From positions 1 through 52,386 of IMG/VR virus record IMGVR_UViG_3300028840_005521: a stretch of 52,386 nt of DNA. One strand, written 5' to 3'. The position numbers were made by a program, and so were the translations under genes. Below the pieces are notes generated by a model. The model was given only the letters and a program-made list of their open reading frames with translations. It was not told the DNA's origin and made no database searches. The stretch is from a virus (lineage: Duplodnaviria > Caudoviricetes). Positions 34,371-42,002 of this stretch are shown here, piece by piece; positions within the stretch are counted from its first letter, which is position 1; each line of letters opens with the position of its first letter.

Positions 34371-35972
34371 ATGGCGAAGATTACCGATCCTGACCAGTTG
34401 AATTTCGGCACTGAAATAGTGGTCGACACTACTGGTCCCAAAACCATTCAGCTAGTGGCGACCGGGAACCTGTCGAACGCTTCTCCAGCTGCCGTTAATG
34501 GTGTCACGATGCAGGCTGTCTATTCAAAGACAGTCGAGGGCTGGGAATCCACCCTTGCTTATCGTCGCCACTCGTTCCCGATCAAGATGTATACCCCAAA
34601 CGAGGGAGAGTGGATCAACTCCTGGGCGCCAGATGACGTCACCACCAACGAGCTGATCCGTGACGCCGGGATGATCGAGACCGACGGTACCTGGCACATG
34701 GGTCTGTTCACCCTGGGAGATTTCCCAGCAGACACAGACCAGGGATACTACGTCCAGTCTGGTGCTCTCGACGGGACCGTGGTCAACTTTGACCATACCG
34801 GTGAGATCAACGAGATGGTGGAGATCAAGGGAACTGGTGGTACCCCGGACAACACGTCCTACCTCGGTGTGTTCTATCGGACCCGCCCCAACTACTACGA
34901 CTTCTACGAAGTGGTCTCCGGGCTGCAGCTCTCTGCCCTGACCGCTAAGCGCGAATCGATTCCTCTCGGATCCACACCAGATCCACAGATCACCGAGTCG
35001 GACGCCAACATCGACGCCAACACGCCATACACCGGCATGACGCTCGACTTCCTGACCGGCGAGTACGGACTCGAAGGTGCGGCAGGCGGTGCAGAGACGT
35101 GGGCCATCTCCCAGGTGTATGCTGCTGGAGATGCCATTGCCGACTCGAGCGGTAGATACTTCCGGGTCACCGTCGGCGGCACATCGGCTGGTAACGACTC
35201 TGACCTGGCCGGTGGTTCGGACACGGGTGTGACCTACGAGGTCCACCCGGGTGAGCGCCAGATTGGATCGACCTACTATCTGTTCTCCCGGATCATCGAC
35301 GGCAACTTCGGATCTTTGTCTGAGTGTTACCAGTGGGGATGTCGCCAGGAGCGGCAAACCGGTGACATCAACGACGACATCAACCTTGACGGATTCGGAA
35401 CCGTGAAGGGCCAGCTCTGTCCGCACCTGTTCCAGTACCAGGCCGCCGGGTTCGACGGCACCATCCTCAAGCTGGCCGAAGGTGTCATGCTTGATGACCC
35501 GGCAGCAGCCGAAGCTAACAACATCGTCTTCTACCCGCACTCACTTGATGGCACCTACCCCAACTCAGGCAATGGTGTGCAGTACCCGTTCACGGTCAAC
35601 ATCCAGGTGCTCGATGCATCATCCAGCAACAACCTGGCCGGTGGCCGACTCACTTTGTTCTTCGCCAACGACGATGCCGGCGACAACCTCGGGTATGACT
35701 TCGACACCGACAATGCCATCGTGATGCAGGAAGACGACCTGACTCCGATCGACATCGCATCGTTCACGGCTGCTGAAATGAACTTCACCTACGACTATGA
35801 CGTGAACACCCAGCGAGGCACTGGCTCGGATGGCACACCTGTTCCTGTCAAGGCAGTGGCGATTAACGCAGGATCCTCTGAACCTATTGTGGTGGATGCC
35901 ACACTGACCAGAATCGACAACGTTGCGATTCGGATCAGTGCCCAGGACGACAGGAACTACTCGAATCCGTAA
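34371..35972 (+). CDS. Large virion protein B (ends DRNYSNP)
   Basis: Acidic beta-rich 533 aa; candidate own promoter at 34311. Confidence 0.7.
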   Translation: MAKITDPDQLNFGTEIVVDTTGPKTIQLVATGNLSNASPAAVNGVTMQAVYSKTVEGWESTLAYRRHSFPIKMYTPNEGEWINSWAPDDVTTNELIRDAGMIETDGTWHMGLFTLGDFPADTDQGYYVQSGALDGTVVNFDHTGEINEMVEIKGTGGTPDNTSYLGVFYRTRPNYYDFYEVVSGLQLSALTAKRESIPLGSTPDPQITESDANIDANTPYTGMTLDFLTGEYGLEGAAGGAETWAISQVYAAGDAIADSSGRYFRVTVGGTSAGNDSDLAGGSDTGVTYEVHPGERQIGSTYYLFSRIIDGNFGSLSECYQWGCRQERQTGDINDDINLDGFGTVKGQLCPHLFQYQAAGFDGTILKLAEGVMLDDPAAAEANNIVFYPHSLDGTYPNSGNGVQYPFTVNIQVLDASSSNNLAGGRLTLFFANDDAGDNLGYDFDTDNAIVMQEDDLTPIDIASFTAAEMNFTYDYDVNTQRGTGSDGTPVPVKAVAINAGSSEPIVVDATLTRIDNVAIRISAQDDRNYSNP

Positions 35973-35981
35973 GGGAGCACC

Positions 35982-36326
35982 ATGAGTGAGGTTGAGATAA
36001 TGGACGATGACATCAAGGTGTGGGAGCCGACTCACGGAAGTTCCAACACGGGAAAACGACGCCTGTGGAGACGCAACCGGAACGCTGCCTATCGCCAAGC
36101 ATACAAAGAGCGAATCGGCGAAGACCACCCGGCCTCTCTTGAGGAAGAGCCGGGGGAGGATCTTCGCAAGTTGCTCGAGAAGACCGAGCCTCCGCACGGG
36201 ATGAACTGGGATGACTTCGGGAAACTCTGGGATCTGCATCCCGAGCATCCGTACACCCCGGTCTTGAGGAAGCAGTCGGTGGATGCTGAGTGGCAGCGTC
36301 ACCTCGAAGAGCAGGGTCTAGCGTAG
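35982..36326 (+). CDS. Hypothetical charged protein
   Basis: AAGGGAG RBS. Confidence 0.65.
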   Translation: MSEVEIMDDDIKVWEPTHGSSNTGKRRLWRRNRNAAYRQAYKERIGEDHPASLEEEPGEDLRKLLEKTEPPHGMNWDDFGKLWDLHPEHPYTPVLRKQSVDAEWQRHLEEQGLA

Positions 36327-36335
36327 GAGGCCACT

Positions 36336-37061
36336 GTGGGGGCCAAGCTCTACGCAGACACAGCTAACAAAGTTCTGGTGATCACTCAGGCACCGGATGG
36401 TGACGGGTTCATCGACATCAACGTCCAAGTGGATGTGTGGTCTGACCTGATCGAAGACTGGGAAAGCGACGTGGTGCTTCGAGGTCACACGTTCCCAATT
36501 GTTCTCGTCGGCGCTCAGACAATCTCGGCTGGGAAGCTCGGGTCGACATACGTGTTGCTCGACCCGTGGCAGATCGAACCATACGAAGCCGACCATGACC
36601 TGAACATCAACGGCAACCTGTTCACCGAATCGGCATTGACGAAGCTGGTGTTGCCAACAGTTGGTGACTACACCGTGACTGTGAACCGGAACCTGTCGAC
36701 ACTCGTTGAGGTTGTCGAAACCGGCACGTCCGGGTTGACCCCAACCGAGTCGCAGGCACTCATCGACATCGATGCGAACGTCGACGCGTTGATTGTCGAC
36801 GTGGCTGCGCTCGAGGCCAAGATCGATTTGCTACTCAGCGCCCAGGATCTCACCAACGAGCAGAAAGAAGCGGAGCACTGGACAGAGATCTCACTAGCGC
36901 CCGAAACGACACCAGGGAAGCTGGTGCTGCGCAACACGTCGGTGCTGAGGCGATGGGAAGCTGACGCATATGAAACGGAGCCGGGAACCACCCCGATGAT
37001 CGGTTACCGCGGCACCGGTCTCGAGTACATCGGTCAGCTAGCGGAGGTGGCGTATTCGTGA
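36336..37061 (+). CDS. Virion protein C (N-domain paralogous to B, plus coiled coil)
   Basis: VWSDLIEDWES..LRGHTFPI; heptad segment; AGGAGG RBS. Confidence 0.7.
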   Translation: MGAKLYADTANKVLVITQAPDGDGFIDINVQVDVWSDLIEDWESDVVLRGHTFPIVLVGAQTISAGKLGSTYVLLDPWQIEPYEADHDLNINGNLFTESALTKLVLPTVGDYTVTVNRNLSTLVEVVETGTSGLTPTESQALIDIDANVDALIVDVAALEAKIDLLLSAQDLTNEQKEAEHWTEISLAPETTPGKLVLRNTSVLRRWEADAYETEPGTTPMIGYRGTGLEYIGQLAEVAYS

Positions 37062-37426
37062 GCCATACCGTCTATGCCCACCTGCCGGCCATCGGTCTCG
37101 GCAAACGAGACCCGATCCGTCCGCACGTAACAGGCGGTATCGGGGCGGGCTTGCCCTTGTTCATAACCGAAATCCTCGGTTCTCGCACCTACAGAGACGG
37201 GCTGCGTTCATACGTCGATCTCGACGCGGCGACCGTCAACGCCATACGCACCTACCTGATAGCTGAACGAGGCTTTGACGTCACAGAACGAACGTTTGTC
37301 CCATTTATCAGGTCAACGTCGCCTCTCGAGCGGCTCTGGTCGGATGTGATAAGGATCTGGGGCAAGTCGCAGCGGGAAGGCACATCGGCCCGCCTGTATC
37401 TCGACTCGAAACGCAACTACGACTAG
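37058..37426 (+). CDS. Hypothetical protein
   Basis: GTGA coupling. Confidence 0.65.
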   Translation: MSHTVYAHLPAIGLGKRDPIRPHVTGGIGAGLPLFITEILGSRTYRDGLRSYVDLDAATVNAIRTYLIAERGFDVTERTFVPFIRSTSPLERLWSDVIRIWGKSQREGTSARLYLDSKRNYD

Positions 37427-37435
37427 GATTCCAAC

Positions 37436-37813
37436 ATGGCTCTTTCCGCAGAAATCGTAACCCTGATCCGGGATGAAATCGGTGGTGACCCTGACTTCTC
37501 CGACGACGACGCCGGGTTTGACTCCGCTACCCAACTCGGGTCGCTCGAGGCTATCTACACAGCTGCCAAGCGTGGCAACGAGAACGTGCTCAGGACTGCC
37601 TTGATCTGTTGGCGGTTGCGACAGAAGGACTATGTGAAGCGCGGGTTCGACGCCACCGCATCTGGTTCGTTGATGGCACGTCGGCAGCGCATGAGGGAAC
37701 TGGACCGGATCGTGAAGGAATACGAGATGCTGGTTGACACGACCGCCCGACACGCCAACTCAACGGTGCAAAGCGACTATCAGCAACACGCTGACAGCTC
37801 AGAGTTCAGCTAA
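37436..37813 (+). CDS. Head-to-tail adaptor
   Basis: LIRDEIG.D...; size and position. Confidence 0.6.
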   Translation: MALSAEIVTLIRDEIGGDPDFSDDDAGFDSATQLGSLEAIYTAAKRGNENVLRTALICWRLRQKDYVKRGFDATASGSLMARRQRMRELDRIVKEYEMLVDTTARHANSTVQSDYQQHADSSEFS

Positions 37814-38205
37814 TGCGTGACAAGGCTTATCGGCTACTCCTCGAGCTGATAGTCGATGATTTGCAGAAATACACCGAAGCCTATTTGCCGGAAGAAGCTG
37901 TGGCGCTGATCACCGACAAAGGATGTATCCATCCGCTCATCAACCAGCGCAGATCAAAACATCAGTTCATGGTTTCCACCACGCTCGTGAAAGAAGCGAT
38001 CGAGGAGATCCATTACAGAGGTGATAGGGCTGTAGCTATCTTCCACAGCCACCCCACCTCGTCTGCCAACCCATCAGACGCCGACAAAGAGATGATGCAG
38101 CAAGCAGATGACACCGTGTTCATGATCCTGGGAACAGACCGCCTCTCGGCGTATATGTGGGAAGATGGGGAAGCCAAAGAGATAGCCCGAACCCGCCTGG
38201 AGTAG
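37813..38205 (+). CDS. JAB/MPN+ (JAMM) metalloprotease
   Basis: PEE...HSHPTSSANPSDAD fits E..HxHx7Sx2D. Confidence 0.88.
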   Translation: MRDKAYRLLLELIVDDLQKYTEAYLPEEAVALITDKGCIHPLINQRRSKHQFMVSTTLVKEAIEEIHYRGDRAVAIFHSHPTSSANPSDADKEMMQQADDTVFMILGTDRLSAYMWEDGEAKEIARTRLE

Positions 38206-38208
38206 CCG

Positions 38209-38673
38209 ATGGCCGACCTGATAACAGAACTGGAGCTCAACGGCCTGCGAGAAGATTTCAACGAGATGATGGGGACTGCTGCGGGTCGGGACGCCAAGAT
38301 GACAATTGAGATCACTCGGGTGACCAGCAGCACAGTTGGTGAGATGGACGAAGACACGCTGCAGTACCCTGACGCTGTTCCCAGCATCATCTACAGCGGT
38401 GAGGCATACATCTCGCCCATTGTGTTCCGGCGCGACCGTCAAGAAATCGCAGGTGGAGAAACAGTGCGGATTCGTCAATACCGCTGCCTGCTGCCGTGGG
38501 ACGCCCCGAACATAGAACTCGATGATGTGGTGAAGATTCTCACCTCCTCCGATCCGCATTTTGCCGGCAGGATCCTTGACGTCACCGACGTCATGTTTGA
38601 GGCAGAACTAGCTGCACGCCGCATCACGCTGACCGACACTGGCGCATCGGACGGCAACACCGAGAACTGTTAG
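38209..38673 (+). CDS. Head closure (stopper) protein
   Basis: IYSG.A.I...Y...LPWDAP...D.V.I pattern; position. Confidence 0.7.
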   Translation: MADLITELELNGLREDFNEMMGTAAGRDAKMTIEITRVTSSTVGEMDEDTLQYPDAVPSIIYSGEAYISPIVFRRDRQEIAGGETVRIRQYRCLLPWDAPNIELDDVVKILTSSDPHFAGRILDVTDVMFEAELAARRITLTDTGASDGNTENC

Positions 38674-38682
38674 GGGGTAGCC

Positions 38683-39516
38683 GTGCCACCAGGCCAGCTC
38701 TCACTGTTCACAAGAGCTTCAGAAAACAAGCGAATAGCGAAGCAATCCGGGATGGCTCTCGAGATGACTATCCAGGGGGCGCTAACCACGTTCGAACACT
38801 TCGTTGTGTCGCCCGCCTATCTCGCTGCCGGATCCCAATCAGTCGTGCAAGTCACCGGCATCCTTCTCGCCGACTATGCCCGCGAGTTCCACCGTCCCAA
38901 CATCGACACGGGTGACACGTTCAACTCGATTGGGCCAAGCGACCGTGGCTCAGTGTTCATGGAGGCACCCGGCACCTACGCAGTTGATGTCGGCCCCCGC
39001 ACCCCGCAAGCCCTATTTCTCGAGTTCGGTTTCACTCATTGGAAATCCGGCAAGTTCATCCGTTACCCGTTCATGATTCCTGCCGCTGATCTGGTGGCAC
39101 CAATCTTCGCCGACGCGATGCTGCAAGTTGTTCAAGGCGTCGGTCGGCGCCGTTCATACACCAACCCGGTAGCGTCGGCGACAGGAACGATGGACAGTTT
39201 CCGCTCAAGCCTGTACTCGTTCTCGAAAGCGGCAGGTGACGTGCGAGTGCTTGGTTTCGGTGGATTGGCCGGTGCTCGAGGCGCTGCCCTTTCCACAGCC
39301 AAGATCCTCGGTGACGTTGAAGGTGTCATGAGGGCAGCACTATTTGCTCGTGTTTCCCGTCGTGTCGCCGGTAGGTTCGCCTCAGGCAGCCTCAGGGCCA
39401 GTGTCTCGGCAAACGTCGTTGGACCCAACACCCAGTTCGCATTAACCGGTGACCGTCTCCTCAGCCGGTTCACAGGCTTCGGTGTTGGGCGAGGATTTGG
39501 TAGCATCGGGCTGTAA
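38683..39516 (+). CDS. HK97 gp10-like neck protein with Gly/Arg-rich extension
   Basis: IDTG...SI, ALFLEFG, PFMIPA. Confidence 0.72.
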   Translation: MPPGQLSLFTRASENKRIAKQSGMALEMTIQGALTTFEHFVVSPAYLAAGSQSVVQVTGILLADYAREFHRPNIDTGDTFNSIGPSDRGSVFMEAPGTYAVDVGPRTPQALFLEFGFTHWKSGKFIRYPFMIPAADLVAPIFADAMLQVVQGVGRRRSYTNPVASATGTMDSFRSSLYSFSKAAGDVRVLGFGGLAGARGAALSTAKILGDVEGVMRAALFARVSRRVAGRFASGSLRASVSANVVGPNTQFALTGDRLLSRFTGFGVGRGFGSIGL

Positions 39517-39528
39517 GGGAGCGACCAC

Positions 39529-39954
39529 ATGCCACGACCGAAAATCAAACCCATTGTGAAAGCCGTAGAGAACGTGCTGAGTGGTATCATGTTGGGCGGG
39601 AAGCAGATCCCGATAGGGTTAGGCGAAGCACCGGAATGCCCACCACCGTATCTCATCATCTCTTCCGGCACCCAGGGTGGATACACTGGACCGTGGACTG
39701 ATCCAGACGCTGACGCCAGCGACCGGATCCAAATCACTGCTGTGGGCATCTCCGATGAGACGTCGCTAGGGGCTTTAGACAAAGCCAGGGAACAGCTCAC
39801 TTTCGCCAACCTGGTAGCAGAAGGGATACCGGACCGGAAGATTCTCAGCGTAAATCTGAACCTGTCTCGCGGCGGGTTCGTTGAGCAGCGGGGAATTCCA
39901 GAGCCGCTATTCTCAAACGTCGATCAGTACTTGATCGCCACAACGCCCGGTTAG
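39529..39954 (+). CDS. Tail terminator
   Basis: PPYLII...QITAVG; upstream of the major tail gene. Confidence 0.7.
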   Translation: MPRPKIKPIVKAVENVLSGIMLGGKQIPIGLGEAPECPPPYLIISSGTQGGYTGPWTDPDADASDRIQITAVGISDETSLGALDKAREQLTFANLVAEGIPDRKILSVNLNLSRGGFVEQRGIPEPLFSNVDQYLIATTPG

Positions 39955-39962
39955 GAGACACG

Positions 39963-40403
39963 ATGGCCGAAGAAGTATGGGTTGAGCACAAGGTTCTTGG
40001 CGGTGCGCCCCGCAAGGTCACGAAACAGGAATTCGAGAAACGCTTAGGGTCGAAAGGCTGGAGTCTTTGCAATCCAGTGCCGCGCAAAACCGTTCCTTCC
40101 TTCGGGGTTAGCGACGTGGAGGGGCAGCGCCGGGCAGAGTTGAAAGAAGCTCAGGAAGCGGCTCGCAACACTCCCGTGTTCGAACCGGGCGAGATACGAA
40201 GAATGGAGCTCAGGCTGAAACAGGATCAGCTACCCTCGTTCGACCCGGCCGCTGAGCGACGGGCCGAGTTGCAAGCCAACAATCTCGAACGAGTGTTGGA
40301 AGATCTGGTTGTAGAAGCGGAAGCTGTTGACCTGGAAGAAGAGGTCGAGATCATTTTCGAACCTGACCCGGAGCTGCTGTCTGGCGAAGAGCTTGACGAA
40401 TAA
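39963..40403 (+). CDS. Acidic hypothetical protein
   Basis: AGGAG RBS. Confidence 0.6.
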   Translation: MAEEVWVEHKVLGGAPRKVTKQEFEKRLGSKGWSLCNPVPRKTVPSFGVSDVEGQRRAELKEAQEAARNTPVFEPGEIRRMELRLKQDQLPSFDPAAERRAELQANNLERVLEDLVVEAEAVDLEEEVEIIFEPDPELLSGEELDE

Positions 40404-40464
40404 TTCCCCCTGTAGCAAGATTTTCCAGTATGCTCCCCTGAGAGCCAACGCCAAGGAGTAACTG

Positions 40465-40953
40465 ATGGCCCGAATAACCCCAGATGGGTATACCAAGGTT
40501 CACGTCGTCGACACGATTTCTTCGCTTGCCGCACCCACGGAAGCTGAGATCGCTGCCGGCACCGAAGTCACCCCGTTTCTCACCCCAGCTGGGCTGGACA
40601 CCCCCGAAGAAGGAACCGACGCCGACTCGAGCGACCTGAGTTCGGCTCGGGACAAGTCCATCCCGGCAACAATCGGTGGTGTGATCACCGGAGAGTTTTA
40701 CCGTGACGACGGGACAGGTGGCACAACCGACGACGCATGGACCGCTATGCCTCGCCTCAAGATCACGCACCTTGTCATCGCAAGGTTCGGTGGTTCAGAC
40801 ACCGACAACGCCATTCAGGCCACAGACAGCGTTGAGGTTTGGCCGGTGCGTGTATCGCAGCGTTCCAACTCTCGTCTTGCCCGTGGCGATGCCCTGCGTT
40901 TCACCGTCAACTTCGCCCTCAGGGACGACCCGGTAGACGGCACGGTTGCCTAG
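40465..40953 (+). CDS. Major tail (tube) protein
   Basis: DG.TKV..V.TI...APT.AEI...VEVWPV, actinophage tail-tube pattern. Confidence 0.85.
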   Translation: MARITPDGYTKVHVVDTISSLAAPTEAEIAAGTEVTPFLTPAGLDTPEEGTDADSSDLSSARDKSIPATIGGVITGEFYRDDGTGGTTDDAWTAMPRLKITHLVIARFGGSDTDNAIQATDSVEVWPVRVSQRSNSRLARGDALRFTVNFALRDDPVDGTVA

Positions 40954-41023
40954 AACTGGATACCTGTACGTCGGGTTCCGCCACTCTCTGAGTCTATTCG
41001 GAACCATCAGGCGCAGGCTCCAC

Positions 41024-41056
41024 GACCAGACCCGCTATACTCGGCGGGTCTGGTTT
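41024..41056 (+). terminator. Intrinsic terminator after the major tail gene
   Basis: ACCAGACCCGC/GCGGGTCTGGT hairpin plus TT. Confidence 0.7.
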
Positions 41057-41075
41057 GCGTATGACAGGAGATGCA

Positions 41076-41702
41076 ATGGATCCAACAAGTGATGAAGCGG
41101 GCATGGAAGCTACTTTCGATAAGCCAACAACAATGGCCGAGATCTTGGCGGCGAAGAAACGCATTGTGAAAACGGTCCAAATCCAACTTGACAGCGGGAT
41201 TGCTTTGCGGTTGGAGGAACTGCAGGAACAAAGGGCGCAAGCGGTCAGGGACGACCGGCGCATGAACCGCAACCCGCTGGCCCCCGGGATCGAGCGGCAA
41301 ATCGAGGAACTCACAGAGCAGGCTCGAGACACCGTTGTTGAGTTCAAATTTGGGTCGATTGGCCGGGCCGCTTTCGAAAAGCTGATGCGCGCTCACAAGC
41401 CCGACCAGGAAGACAAGAAGGAAGGCAGCGTGTTCAACACGAAGACCTTCCCGCCGATTTTGGTGGCCGCCACGTCGATCGAACCAGAGATCAACGAAGA
41501 GCAAGCCAAGCAGATGTTCAACAGCCCCGAATGGAACCAGGGCGAGTTGCTGAAGTTGTTCACGGCGGCGATGCTTGCCAATTCGGAATCCCCTGATATC
41601 CCTTTATCCAACAGCGGCTCCGAACCGATGCCCGCTATCGAGCTGAAGTCCAATTCTGCGTCGACAGCGGAATCCCCTACTCCCACTTCCTCGGACGAGT
41701 AA
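41076..41702 (+). CDS. Tail assembly chaperone (gpG-like)
   Basis: Between tail tube and TMP; AGGAG RBS before ATG 41076. Confidence 0.82.
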   Translation: MDPTSDEAGMEATFDKPTTMAEILAAKKRIVKTVQIQLDSGIALRLEELQEQRAQAVRDDRRMNRNPLAPGIERQIEELTEQARDTVVEFKFGSIGRAAFEKLMRAHKPDQEDKKEGSVFNTKTFPPILVAATSIEPEINEEQAKQMFNSPEWNQGELLKLFTAAMLANSESPDIPLSNSGSEPMPAIELKSNSASTAESPTPTSSDE

Positions 41703-41986
41703 TCGCACCCGGCGAAGAGTTCTGGACTGAGCGTGACAGAGAAATCGTTGTAGCTTGGTTCGCCGAGAAGAACCAGGAGTGTCCCCGGTGTGGTACCAGG
41801 ACGGAAGAGTGGGACGAAGACTACGACGCCTACGTTGCTGAAGGCAGGCGTTGCCTTGGGTGCGAGAAGATCGAATTCGAGCTTGAATCGTGGCGTGACG
41901 AAGGCAACCCTCGAGGCATCTCTGTTCGCCTTGTTCGCCCAGATCAGCAAATAAGGCCTACAATTCCCCCAGCATCTTCCAAATAA
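41600..41986 (+). CDS. Tail chaperone gpT part, reached by -1 frameshift at CCCTTTA
   Basis: C CCT TTA at 41600-06; the -1 frame is open to TAA 41986 and encodes CPRCG...CLGC. Confidence 0.8.
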   Translation, partial: PFIQQRLRTDARYRAEVQFCVDSGIPYSHFLGRVIAPGEEFWTERDREIVVAWFAEKNQECPRCGTRTEEWDEDYDAYVAEGRRCLGCEKIEFELESWRDEGNPRGISVRLVRPDQQIRPTIPPASSK

Positions 41987-42002
41987 CTGAGAGGGGCCGT
42001 CC

